Source: a virus
Taxonomy: Duplodnaviria > Caudoviricetes
Virus record (IMG/VR): IMGVR_UViG_3300006879_000013
Coordinates: 1-32,231 of that record
Length of the DNA: 32,231 nucleotides
Strand: one strand, 5' to 3'
The notes beneath the pieces are model-generated. The model worked only from the letters and a program-made list of their open reading frames with translations. It was not told the DNA's origin and made no database searches. The translations under genes and the position numbers were made by a program. Shown piece after piece: positions 23,089 through 31,652 of the stretch. The number at the start of each line of letters is the position of its first letter. Position 1 is the first letter of the stretch.

Positions 23089-23443
23089 GGCTGCCTGTCG
23101 CCTCCGATACGGTTGGCCTGCACCACGATCTCGACGCCGAGCCGGCGCAGGATGAAGCGGGCCGAGAGGTTGATGCCGGACAGCAGCAACGCCCCACCGA
23201 AGCCGGTCAGCGCGCTGATGCCGAGCTGCCCCCCCAGGCTCGCCGGGGTAGCGATCACGTGCTGGGCCAGAAACGCCACCAGCCCGAAGAAGGCGCCGAT
23301 GCAGGCGTAGGCGGCGAACAGCCAGGCAGTGACCGCGCGGCCGCGCAGCAGGTGGTGCTGGCCACCGTGCAGCCGCCCAAGGCGCCGGAGACCAGCATCA
23401 AGACGACCAGTAATATTTCGGCGGCGCTGATGATGCGTTGCAT
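23079..23443 (-). pseudogene. Holin-like multi-pass membrane protein split by a 1-nt frameshift near 23358
   Basis: Frame A: MQRIISAAEILLVVLMLVSGALGGCTVAS. Frame B: HHLLRGRAVTAWLFAAYACIGAFFGLVAFLA...GISALTGFGGALLLSG. Adding one C (AGC CAC) joins them into a ~121-aa protein with three hydrophobic segments. Confidence 0.65.
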
Positions 23444-23470
23444 GTTGCCCCCCGTTGGTCGGGCCTCGTG

Positions 23471-23522
23471 AGAAAACGGCCGCCACCGGCCGGAGAGGAG
23501 GAGAGAGAAGCCGGTGGCGACC
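23471..23522 (-). terminator. Intrinsic terminator-like hairpin with a 13-bp stem and a 19-nt pyrimidine loop
   Basis: Minus strand GGTCGCCACCGGC-TTCTCTCTCCTCCTCTCCG-GCCGGTGGCGGCC-GTTTTCT, 10 nt after the stop of the upstream gene. Confidence 0.6.
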
Positions 23523-23532
23523 CAAGCGCCGG

Positions 23533-24048
23533 TCAGATGACCGACTGTTCGCCGGTTGGCCCCTTGCCTTCCGCGCCCGCCGGGGCGGTGTCGCCATCCG
23601 CCGCCGGCACGCCCGCCGAACTCTGCGCCGTGTCCAGTCGCTGCATCCAGCGGCCCAGCTCCTGCTCGGAGCGCACCGAAAAGGTCTCGCCGACCTCGCG
23701 CAGGTGGTCGTAGTAGCCCTGCCGGACCGCCCGGACCGGGATCGGGCCGCGGATAGCGGCGACCTCCTCGTCGGAGCGCACCAGCTCGGCGCGCTCGGCC
23801 GCGGTCAGCGGCTCGGGCGGCGTCGGCTCGCGCTCGGTGTCGGATGAGGAGGCGTTGCCGGCGGGCGAGTTGTCCTCGCGCTGCGGCGCCTCCGGTAGAA
23901 CCGTCGCCGTGCTCTCCGGCGTGGCCGACGGCTCGACTTCCGGGGGGGGCGCAGCAGCCGGCGCGTCCTCGCGCAGCGGATCTGCAACCGGCGCCGGCGC
24001 GGTGGCCTTGCCCCCGGTGCTCGGCTTGTTGGTGCGTTTTTTGCTCAT
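23533..24048 (-). CDS. Head-module protein (171 aa) with a long Pro/Ala/Glu-rich disordered region and a small conserved domain
   Basis: AGGGAG RBS. VRA.R.GYY..LR..GE.F.V......RWM is a small domain seen after cement genes in this phage type. Confidence 0.7.
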   Translation of the reverse strand: MSKKRTNKPSTGGKATAPAPVADPLREDAPAAAPPPEVEPSATPESTATVLPEAPQREDNSPAGNASSSDTEREPTPPEPLTAAERAELVRSDEEVAAIRGPIPVRAVRQGYYDHLREVGETFSVRSEQELGRWMQRLDTAQSSAGVPAADGDTAPAGAEGKGPTGEQSVI

Positions 24049-24075
24049 GCTGTTCTCCCTGTGTCGCGACCTTCA

Positions 24076-24100
24076 GCGAGGGGCGGCTACCGCCCCTCGC
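24076..24100. other. Perfect 11-bp hairpin between the cement gene and the next gene
   Basis: GCGAGGGGCGG-CTA-CCGCCCCTCGC with no U-tract on the coding strand; may be an mRNA stabiliser or pause element. Confidence 0.6.
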
Positions 24101-24116
24101 CTCGGGTCAGTCGGCC

Positions 24117-24539
24117 TCAGCGCCCGACGTTGGCCGGGTAGGCCCGCCAGGCCTGCCGGTCATGGGTCAGGAATGCCGCCACCTTGCCGGCGGTGGGCGC
24201 GGTGCCATCCACCGTGTAGCGCATGCCCAGGCGGCGGCCGTAGTCGGCGGACGGCACCGACTGACTCATCAGCACGGCGCCGGCGGTCAGGTCGGCCGCC
24301 GCCACCTCGCGGCTGGCGTGGACCGTGGCGCTGGTGAGCGCTGCTGCCGCCGCACTCTCCAGGCTGACCGTCAGGCTGGTCAGGTCGGTGAAGGTTTCGG
24401 TGCACAGCACCACCAGATACAGCGGTTCACCGCTGCCGATGTCGCCGGGCACGGCCCCCAGGTCGATGACCTGGTCCGAGATGGCGGTGGCGGTGATCGC
24501 CTGGTCGTCGGAAAACTCGTTGTCCTTGTCGACGTACAT
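24117..24539 (-). CDS. Capsid cement protein (Bbp16-like), 140 aa
   Basis: MYVDK..EFSD.QAITATA.S..VIDLG....DIG.GEPLYL...R.L.MRYTV.G...TAGKV.AFL; directly follows the capsid gene. Confidence 0.88.
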   Translation of the reverse strand: MYVDKDNEFSDDQAITATAISDQVIDLGAVPGDIGSGEPLYLVVLCTETFTDLTSLTVSLESAAAAALTSATVHASREVAAADLTAGAVLMSQSVPSADYGRRLGMRYTVDGTAPTAGKVAAFLTHDRQAWRAYPANVGR

Positions 24540-24583
24540 GGTCAGATCCTCGTAATCGGTCGAAGGAGAGAGGCGGAGCCGGC

Positions 24584-25573
24584 TTAGAAGCCGGTGACCG
24601 CCGCCTCCGTGTCGAGCAGCTTGTCGACCCGCTTGAGCGGGACCCCGTCGAAGGACAACACTTTCTTGCCAGCCACCTCGTCGAGGCTGAGCAGCACGTT
24701 GTCCTTGTTGAGCATCTGCCGGCGCAGGTAGGAACGGATGGTGCGCGAGCAGTAGAACACCGAGGTGACGCCGACCAGCCCCTGAATCCGCTCGAGCCCC
24801 TGCACCAGCAGGTCGACCAGATCGGCGCCGGCACTGGCGTTCTTGGTGAGCGCGGTGACGTCGACGTTGGCGATGCGGACCACGTAGCGCCAGTCCTTCA
24901 CCGACAGGCCCGCCTTCCACTGGTAGTGGGTGCGGTAGCCCTCGTAGCGGCCGCCGTCGGGGTCTTCCAGGGTGACCTGGCCCTTGTCCTCCATCTTGAG
25001 GCCGGCCTGGCTGCCCTTGGGGTAAATGCCGAAGGCGCCCTTCTCGCCCCAGCCCACCAGCCAGATGCTGGTGTTGTCGGAGCCGCTGCCGCCGCCGTCG
25101 ATCACGTTCTCGGCGGTGGCGGCCGAGGCGGTATCGCCGGTGTTGAAGCGCGGCGCAAGGCCCATGATGCGCTCAGCGTGGATGCTGGAGTCGCCGTAGA
25201 ACACCGCCTGCGCCAGCGCCTGGCTGATGCCCTCGATGTGGGCCAGGTTCTCGGAGAGGCGGAACGCCGAGGTGTTGCCGTTGAGGTCGGCCAGGTCCTT
25301 GTCGACCTCGGCGTAGTCCTCCAGCATGCCGGTGGCGTCGTCGACCTGGCGGCTGGTGCTCTTGGTCGGCTGCACGCCGTAGTTGAGCTTGCGCCAGGTC
25401 GGCTCAGGCAGGCCGGTGCGGATGGACAGCCGGTGCCCGGTGGGCAGGTTGCCCTCCACCCACGGCATATCGTCCAACACCTCGTTGGACTCGTTCAGGA
25501 CCTCGGCCAGGGCGGCGACCTTGCCGTCCGGGTCGAGCCGCTTGGTAACGTCGAGCAGAGTGGGGTTAGCCAT
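24584..25573 (-). CDS. Major capsid protein (BPP-1 Bbp17 / epsilon15 gp7-like, HK97 fold), 329 aa
   Basis: PTL.D..KR.DP.GK...E.L...NE.L.DM.W.EGNLPTGH....RTGLP..TWRKLN.GV.P.KS, GL...DWRYVVRIAN and F.GVP....D.LL.TEA.V. Confidence 0.95.
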   Translation of the reverse strand: MANPTLLDVTKRLDPDGKVAALAEVLNESNEVLDDMPWVEGNLPTGHRLSIRTGLPEPTWRKLNYGVQPTKSTSRQVDDATGMLEDYAEVDKDLADLNGNTSAFRLSENLAHIEGISQALAQAVFYGDSSIHAERIMGLAPRFNTGDTASAATAENVIDGGGSGSDNTSIWLVGWGEKGAFGIYPKGSQAGLKMEDKGQVTLEDPDGGRYEGYRTHYQWKAGLSVKDWRYVVRIANVDVTALTKNASAGADLVDLLVQGLERIQGLVGVTSVFYCSRTIRSYLRRQMLNKDNVLLSLDEVAGKKVLSFDGVPLKRVDKLLDTEAAVTGF

Positions 25574-25600
25574 GGTGGCCTCCGTTAGTTGAATGCGTTG

Positions 25601-26287
25601 TTATCCGAACAGGCGATCGGCCAGCGACCGCGAGCCGGTGCCGCCTTGGCCACCGCCCTCGAGCCGGTCATCGGCCAGCTCCTTACCGATGCGCGCAAAA
25701 GTCTTGACCAGCTCCGGGTGGTTCCCATAGCCGGTGTCCTTGAGCGCCTGCGACAGCGCTGGCGTACCGAACTTGGCCAGAGCGCGGCGGGCGTGTTCGG
25801 CCGTCTGGTCGAACTTCTCGCCGCCGTACTCCGGGTCGGCCTGCAGCTGCGTCGGCCACTCCTCGTATGCCAGCCGCTCTACCTCCGCGCGAAGGTGTGC
25901 GTCCCGTGCCTGCGCCTGGTCGTTGGCGTACTCGAGCGCGGCCTGTGCCTGCTCGTTGGAGAGTCCCCGCTCGCGTGCCCAGCTCGCGGTCTTCTCCAGC
26001 GCCGATTGATCCAGGGGCGACCCCTCCGGCAGTGTCAGCTCGTAGCTCTCCGGCACTTGGTCGGCGGCCTTGTCCGCGGGCTTGTCGCCCGCCGGGGTGT
26101 CGCCGTCGGTGCCGGTTGCTGCGGGCGTGCTGCCGCTCTCCGGGGTGGCCGGTGCTGCGGGTGCCGGGGTCGCGGGCGTGCTGCCGTCGGCGGGAGGGGT
26201 CCCGGTCGGCGTCTCGCTCGCGGGTGCCGGCGCGCTGTCTGCCGCTGGGGGGGTGCCCGGCGCGGTCATCAGGGTGTCAGCTAGCAT
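25601..26287 (-). CDS. Capsid scaffolding protein, 228 aa
   Basis: Pro/Ala/Thr-rich N-terminus, PE.YEL.LPEG, GLSNEQAQ, DPE.GG.KF, L..TG.GNHPELVK.F.RIGK...DD and a LA..LFG ending. Confidence 0.88.
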   Translation of the reverse strand: MLADTLMTAPGTPPAADSAPAPASETPTGTPPADGSTPATPAPAAPATPESGSTPAATGTDGDTPAGDKPADKAADQVPESYELTLPEGSPLDQSALEKTASWARERGLSNEQAQAALEYANDQAQARDAHLRAEVERLAYEEWPTQLQADPEYGGEKFDQTAEHARRALAKFGTPALSQALKDTGYGNHPELVKTFARIGKELADDRLEGGGQGGTGSRSLADRLFG

Positions 26288-26645
26288 CGCTGGAATCCTC
26301 GTGTCGTTGTTGCTTGGTGATGGCCTCGTAGGCCTCGGCCTCGGCCAGCAGCCACTGCTCGAAGCAGACGGCGGCGACCTGGTCGTAGACGGTGGCGCCG
26401 ACGAACCGCTGGCCCTCGTGGAACACCGGGTCAGAGCCGCGACCGCTGATGTTGTTGAGGTAGCTGGAGCGCTGCAGGCCGCAGACGTCGAGCACCAGAT
26501 GGCGGACGAAGCGGCGGCCGTGCGGGGTGGCCATGATCTCGCGCAGATCGGCGGTGCGCTGCTGGCGCTGCCGGCGCTCGGTGCGCTCGGCGGCCTTCAC
26601 CTGCTCGGCGTCGCCGGCGTTCTTGACCAGGCTACGCTTGCTCAT
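26277..26645 (-). CDS. Bbp19-like conserved phage protein, 122 aa
   Basis: DL..IM.T..GRRFV..L...CG......F.EGQR.VG motif; lies between portal and scaffold. Confidence 0.8.
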   Translation of the reverse strand: MSKRSLVKNAGDAEQVKAAERTERRQRQQRTADLREIMATPHGRRFVRHLVLDVCGLQRSSYLNNISGRGSDPVFHEGQRFVGATVYDQVAAVCFEQWLLAEAEAYEAITKQQRHEDSSDAS

Positions 26646-28378
26646 GTCGGCGCTCCGGCGCTGGCCAGCAGTCGGGTCAACGCGTTATCGCCGCTGGTGT
26701 CGGCCTCGGACAGCAGCTTGGCGCCCTGCGCCCCCTGCTGCAGGGCCGCCATCTGCTCGGCCTGCTGCTGCGCCTGCGCCCGCTGCTCGCGGATGGCGGC
26801 GGCCTCCTCGTCGGAGCGCACCAGCTCCGGGTCGACGCCGGTGATATCGGCGTAGACGTCGATGGCCTTGTCGATGTTGACCTTGTCGAGCGCGGTCGGG
26901 TCGACGCCGGCCAGGTTGCCGACGTAGCCGCTGAAGCGCTCAATGCCGCCGATCGCTACCAGCTTCTGCGCCTGCGCCATGATCGAGATGTACTCGACCC
27001 GCAGCTCGCGGCCCTCCAGCTCCTGCGGCGGCGGCGGCACCAGGTTGCCGTCGATGTCCTGCGCGAGCATGAGCCGGAACGCCAGGTCGATCAGCGGGTC
27101 CAGCAGCTCGTCGTTCAGCCGCTCCAGCACCGGGCCGAGCATCAAGAGCTTTTCCTCGTGCCGCTCATTGATCTCGCGGGCGGTGATCTGGCGGCGATCC
27201 GACATCGCCATCATCAGGAACAGGTCGGCGAAGTACGCGCGGTGGATGCGCTGCTCGTGCGCCTCGATGTCGAGCATCAGCTCCTGCACGCGCGGGTTGA
27301 CCTCGTAGATCGGCCGCAGCCCCTGCAGGCCCTCGCGCACGTCGACATAGGTAATGTCGTCGGGCAGGGTGCTGACCTTGGCGTTGCGCAGCGCGCCCGG
27401 GCCCATCAGGGGCGGCCGCACCATCTTCTCGATGGCCTGCGCCTTGCGCCGCTCCAGGGTCTGCAGGCTCATGGCGTCGCCCAGCGCCATCTCGCCGGGG
27501 TAGCGACTGCCGTGCACGTCCTCGCCGATCACTTCCCAGCGCGGCACCAGCACCGGGAACTCGTCGTAGCCGGAGCGGCGCAGCAGCTGCTGCGCGTCGT
27601 CGACGTTGGCGCGCTCGAAGTGGTAGCTGGCGTAGCGCTTGTGGCGGGCGTCGGCGCGGCGCGGGTCGAACTCGGGGTTCGGGCAGATGGCGTGCACCAC
27701 CTCGTGCAGAGCGGTGTAATTGCCGCTGTCGTACTGGTGGCGCACGGTCGTGCTGATGTTCGACCAGTCGGCGCGGCCGGTGCGCTCGTCGAGCCGGCCG
27801 TAGCGGTCGACGATCTGCCGCACGGTCAGCATGTGCGGGCGGATGAAGGTGTCGATCCGGCCGTCGCCGTTGGCCGCCACCCGGTAGCTGCCGACCGGGA
27901 AGTTGAACACCCGCAGCCCGTCGCGCAGATCCTCCTGCACCGCGACCGCGCCGATGCCGAAGTCGCCGATGTCGCCGTACAGGCTAGGCAGGCCGTTGTA
28001 GAGGTTGGAGCGCAGGAACAGCGTGCGCATGTTCTGCGCCACCACGTGCAGCCAGCGCTTGACCGGCGCGTAGGCGTCCAGCGTCGGGTCGCCGGTACCG
28101 AGCCGGAACCACGGCCGCGCCGGGCTGGTAATACCGGAGTGCATGCCGGCGCGGAAGATGCGACTGGCCACGGTGGCGCTGTTGTTGACGATCTTCTGCC
28201 GGCGCTTCTTGCCGCGGTTGTGCTCGCTCAGGCTGAAGCGGGCGGCGCCGGGCGCGATGAACTGCTCGACGTCCTGCCACTGGCCCCTCCAGTTCGCCAG
28301 GTCCAGGTCGAGCGACGCCAGCAGCGAGAGCATGCGCTGGCGCGGCGACTCGTCCGCTTGGCGGCGCTCAGCGGCCAT
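26642..28378 (-). CDS. Portal (head-tail connector) protein, 578 aa
   Basis: GITSPARPWFRL, SN.Y..L...Y.D...FG, VPRW.......G..PG..ALGD...LQ, TA.EI.ER.EEKL.MLGPVLERL..ELL.PLI and VEYIS.MAQAQK. Confidence 0.95.
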   Translation of the reverse strand: MAAERRQADESPRQRMLSLLASLDLDLANWRGQWQDVEQFIAPGAARFSLSEHNRGKKRRQKIVNNSATVASRIFRAGMHSGITSPARPWFRLGTGDPTLDAYAPVKRWLHVVAQNMRTLFLRSNLYNGLPSLYGDIGDFGIGAVAVQEDLRDGLRVFNFPVGSYRVAANGDGRIDTFIRPHMLTVRQIVDRYGRLDERTGRADWSNISTTVRHQYDSGNYTALHEVVHAICPNPEFDPRRADARHKRYASYHFERANVDDAQQLLRRSGYDEFPVLVPRWEVIGEDVHGSRYPGEMALGDAMSLQTLERRKAQAIEKMVRPPLMGPGALRNAKVSTLPDDITYVDVREGLQGLRPIYEVNPRVQELMLDIEAHEQRIHRAYFADLFLMMAMSDRRQITAREINERHEEKLLMLGPVLERLNDELLDPLIDLAFRLMLAQDIDGNLVPPPPQELEGRELRVEYISIMAQAQKLVAIGGIERFSGYVGNLAGVDPTALDKVNIDKAIDVYADITGVDPELVRSDEEAAAIREQRAQAQQQAEQMAALQQGAQGAKLLSEADTSGDNALTRLLASAGAPT

Positions 28379-28955
28379 CGGCGCCTCCGTCCAGGTTGCG
28401 CAGGGCGCGGTAGGTCGGCGCCACCGCGTCGACGATCAGGTGCAGCCGCGGCACGGCCGAGCCGTTGCGGACGGTGTGCTCGCGCTTGTGGTTGAACCAC
28501 CAGGCGCTGCCCGGCGCCATGTGTACGGTCTCAGCACCGACCGTGAACGCGTTACCGGGCTCACTGGCCAGCGCGATATGGAAGCGGTCGTAGTAATCGG
28601 CGTAGGCGCCTTCGTCGATGTGCGGCGTGATCTCGCCCTGCGGCTGCAGGTTGACCAGCAGCACGCGGCCCAGCGCCTCCGCGTCGACCGCTGCCAGCAG
28701 CGCGTCGATCAGCGGCTGCGCAGCGGGCAGCGCTGCCAGGGCCGGGTAGTCGACCGCCTCGGTGGAGAAGAACACCGCCGCCGGGTCGACCGCCTCGGTG
28801 CACCAGCGCAGAAAGATGCACTCGGTATCGCGGTGGGCGCTGCCCGGGAATGCCTGGCGGAACGTCAGCTCGCGCCACAGCGCCGGCTGCGCGGCCAGTT
28901 CGGCCAGCAGCGGGCCGGTATCCAGCCCGGCAGCGACTTGACGCAGATAGCGCAC
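28368..28955 (-). CDS. Aspartyl/asparaginyl beta-hydroxylase-like 2OG-Fe(II) oxygenase, ~195 aa
   Basis: Likely GTG start at 28955, just after the upstream stop. LGRVLLVNL.P.GEI.PHxD (PHID), RFHI.L, M.PG.AWWFN....H.V.N and R.HLIVD give the HxD...H triad plus the 2OG-binding Arg. Confidence 0.85.
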   Translation of the reverse strand: MRYLRQVAAGLDTGPLLAELAAQPALWRELTFRQAFPGSAHRDTECIFLRWCTEAVDPAAVFFSTEAVDYPALAALPAAQPLIDALLAAVDAEALGRVLLVNLQPQGEITPHIDEGAYADYYDRFHIALASEPGNAFTVGAETVHMAPGSAWWFNHKREHTVRNGSAVPRLHLIVDAVAPTYRALRNLDGGADGR

Positions 28956-28956
28956 C

Positions 28957-29256
28957 CTAGTCCCCCAGCAGGGTCTTGCGCGCAGTCGGCGCCGCACCCT
29001 GCGCGCCGAGCGGGCCAGTCAGGATGGTGTCGCTGCGGGAGACGCCGGCAGCACCACGCCGGCGCTGGCGGGCAGCCGCCGAGTCGGCATCGGTGGGCGC
29101 CTGCTCGCGCGCCTTGCGCTGCTCGGCGGCCTGCTGCTCGGCCAGCTCGGCCTGCCGCTTGGCTTCTTCCTCGGCGTTCTTGCGTGCCTCGCGGGTCTCG
29201 TACGCGCCATACCCCGCGACGGCACCCACCACCGCAATTGCTGCTGACGTTGCCAT
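28957..29256 (-). CDS. Small virion protein of the pre-portal type (T7 gp7.3-like position), 99 aa
   Basis: Hydrophobic N-terminus, charged helix and C-terminal TILTG..G......KTLLG motif; TAATG coupling to the GNAT gene. Confidence 0.75.
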   Translation of the reverse strand: MATSAAIAVVGAVAGYGAYETREARKNAEEEAKRQAELAEQQAAEQRKAREQAPTDADSAAARQRRRGAAGVSRSDTILTGPLGAQGAAPTARKTLLGD

Positions 29257-29711
29257 TAGTCGAGCCTCCGTCCCCAGATGGATTCAATGCGCTCGTACCC
29301 GAGCGCCGCCAGCAGCGGGCTCCAGTCGAGCGTGTCTTTGACGTGCTGGTAGACCACCTGCACGCCCTCGCTGCGCAGCTGCTCGTCGCACCAGGCGACC
29401 AGGCGGGCGCCGTCGCGGTGACCGCGGTAGTCCGGGTGCACGAACAGCACGTCCTGCACCGCCTGCAGGCTGGTGGCGTAATGCGCGTTGGTCTGCACGA
29501 AAAACACCGCATAGCCGACCAGTGCACCGGCATCGTCGCGGGCGGTGTAGAGGCGCAGCATGCCGTTGGCCTCGACCGCCTCGTAGCGCTCCCGGTCCGG
29601 GCACAGCGGGATGTCCTGGTAGTGCGCCACCTCGTGGTAATGCGCCTCCAGCAGCGGCAGCAGCTCGCCCCAGACGCGGGCGACGGGCTCGGCGCGGTAA
29701 TACAGGCTCAT
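29256..29711 (-). CDS. GNAT-family acetyltransferase, 151 aa
   Basis: Start MSLYYRAE at 29711 (GGAGGT RBS, ATGA overlap with terL). G.LVGY, DVLFVHPDYRG...G.RLV (acetyl-CoA motif A) and LL..LGY. Confidence 0.85.
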   Translation of the reverse strand: MSLYYRAEPVARVWGELLPLLEAHYHEVAHYQDIPLCPDRERYEAVEANGMLRLYTARDDAGALVGYAVFFVQTNAHYATSLQAVQDVLFVHPDYRGHRDGARLVAWCDEQLRSEGVQVVYQHVKDTLDWSPLLAALGYERIESIWGRRLD

Positions 29712-31174
29712 GCGTGCAGACCTCCAGCGTTGGCCCAGGGGTCGAAGTCGCCGCGGCTGCGGTCGGCCGCGGTGAGGGCGGCGAGTCCGCGCGGCTTCGG
29801 CTGCACCGGTTGGGCAAAGGTGAGCACCAGGGCGTCGGCCAGATCCGGCGAGCGGCCCAGGCGCGGTTTGAGCTTGTCCTTGGGCTCGATCAGGAACTGA
29901 CCGCCCTTGAACGAATAGGTCGGCTCGGTCAGCTCGGCCAGCAGCTGCATGTCGGTGCGCGGTAAGGCGCCGCCCTGCTTCACCCACTCGGCGGCCTCGA
30001 AATACATCTCGGCGCGGCGGTTAGCGTAGCGGGGATCCAGTGCCTTGCCGCTGAAGTTGACCGGGATGTAGGGAATGCCGGCGTCGTCCAGGCACTGCAT
30101 GACCCGGCCGGCCCAGCCGCCGGTGTCGTCGATCAGGATCGCGTCGGCGTCCCAGCGCTCCCAGGCGCGGGCGATGCGGGCGGCGACCTCCGAGCCCTTG
30201 GCCGAGCGCATCACCACCGGCGCGAAGGCGGCCGCCCCCTGGCGCGGGAACAGCACGGTGCGGTCAGCGCCCTCGTCAGCCACGTCGACGCCGATGATCT
30301 TGGCGCTGTGCTGGTAGACGTCGGCCGGGATGTGGCGGTCCATGGCCGTCTCGACCTGGTCCGGGCTCAGCAGCGCATTGAGGCCGCCGGGCGGGAACTG
30401 GCCGAGGATGTAGGCCATCACCCACGGATCGTCGCGGCCGTAGTTGGCGATCTGCTGTCGCGCCCACTCGATGTCGATGCGCGGCGAGCGCTTCGGGTCG
30501 TCCGGATCGCCGGTGATCTGGATCACGTTCCACTGGTGGCGCAGCTGGGTCGCCGCAGAGCGCAGCATGCCGGTGTGGCTGGTTGGGTTGCCGGCCTGTA
30601 GGATCTTGCCAAACGCCGTGTTGCCGATGCCCTGCTCGGCGGCCCGGAGCACCTGCGGCGGGATGTCGCCGGATTCGTCGATCAGGTACAGCATGTACTG
30701 CGAGTGCAGACCGGAGAGGGTGCGGCCCTGCTCCTCGGGCGAGGCCGTCTTGGCGAAGCTGCGCGCCGACAGCCACCACGTTTCCGGGTGGTGCTTGGCG
30801 CTGATCCGCTCCTTGGTCCACTCGAACAGCTCCAGCAGCAGCGGCGAGAGCTGCTGCCACTTGGAAAACTCGGCCCAGAGGTTGTCGCGCAGGTTGTCGC
30901 GAGTCACCGAGATGGCCGCGCCCTTGGGGTGCTCGCGGGTGTCGCCGTGGCAGAGCAGGAAGTTCCAGCCGCACCAGGCGAGGCCGGCGCTCTTGCCGGG
31001 GCCGGCGCAGGCTTGCATGGCGATGCGCCGATGCTCCGGCTCGGGCGAGGCGAAGGCGGTGAGCATGTCCAGCTGCCAGGCATCCGGCTCCACGCCGAAC
31101 AGGTCGTGCACCATCTGCGCCGGGTAGCGGCGCCAGGTGGCGATCTGGCTGGCAGCCTGGGCCAGCGCGCTCAT
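29708..31174 (-). CDS. terL: Terminase large subunit, 488 aa
   Basis: Walker A ACAGPGKS, Walker B LYLIDES, coupling motif GNPT, nuclease motifs GVDVA..G.D.TV and SPD.ADAL.LTFA. The start at 31174 overlaps the terS stop. Confidence 0.95.
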   Translation of the reverse strand: MSALAQAASQIATWRRYPAQMVHDLFGVEPDAWQLDMLTAFASPEPEHRRIAMQACAGPGKSAGLAWCGWNFLLCHGDTREHPKGAAISVTRDNLRDNLWAEFSKWQQLSPLLLELFEWTKERISAKHHPETWWLSARSFAKTASPEEQGRTLSGLHSQYMLYLIDESGDIPPQVLRAAEQGIGNTAFGKILQAGNPTSHTGMLRSAATQLRHQWNVIQITGDPDDPKRSPRIDIEWARQQIANYGRDDPWVMAYILGQFPPGGLNALLSPDQVETAMDRHIPADVYQHSAKIIGVDVADEGADRTVLFPRQGAAAFAPVVMRSAKGSEVAARIARAWERWDADAILIDDTGGWAGRVMQCLDDAGIPYIPVNFSGKALDPRYANRRAEMYFEAAEWVKQGGALPRTDMQLLAELTEPTYSFKGGQFLIEPKDKLKPRLGRSPDLADALVLTFAQPVQPKPRGLAALTAADRSRGDFDPWANAGGLHA

Positions 31175-31572
31175 GGCGTGCCCTCGTCGCTGCCGTTGCG
31201 GGAGGCGGTAACCAGCTCCTCCAGGGTGAGGTGGCCGTTGTGCGTGTGATCGTGGCGCTGCTTCCAGTCGTCCCGGAAGCGGTTGGTCATGTTGAAGATC
31301 CAGGTCGCCGGATTGATCGGGATCTGGCCGATCGCGCCCAGCCGGCCGTGCTTCTCCCACCAGGCCTGGCTGAGCAGCTGGCCGTAGGCGACCGCATCGG
31401 CAAAGGCGGGGTGGCGCTCCTGGTAGGCGAGGAAGGTGTGGAAGGCGATGCCGAGCTCGGCGCAGACCTCGACCTTGCTGGCGCCGTCGCGCATCAGCTC
31501 GACTACCCGCTCACACATGGCGGGGTCGTACTTGGTGGGCCGTCCGCCCTTGCGTTTCCCCGAATCGCCCAT
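31171..31572 (-). CDS. terS: Terminase small subunit, 133 aa
   Basis: GRPTKY.P..C..V.ELM..G.S..EV.AELGI HTH, then SQAWWE and WIFNM.NRF..DW; immediately upstream of terL. Confidence 0.88.
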   Translation of the reverse strand: MGDSGKRKGGRPTKYDPAMCERVVELMRDGASKVEVCAELGIAFHTFLAYQERHPAFADAVAYGQLLSQAWWEKHGRLGAIGQIPINPATWIFNMTNRFRDDWKQRHDHTHNGHLTLEELVTASRNGSDEGTP

Positions 31573-31614
31573 AGATCAACCCGGTTGTGCCGAGGGTTAG
31601 CGTTGTTCCGGGGA

Positions 31615-31647
31615 ACTGTAAGCCAGAGTGCCGTCCCGTTTTCGGGA
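31615..31647 (-). promoter_or_regulatory. Candidate late promoter: -10-like TACAGT with a dyad over the -35 region
   Basis: Minus strand TCCCG-AAAA-CGGGA (31647-31634), then 13 nt, then TACAGT (31620-31615), in the only gap upstream of terS. Confidence 0.4.
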
Positions 31648-31652
31648 TGATT

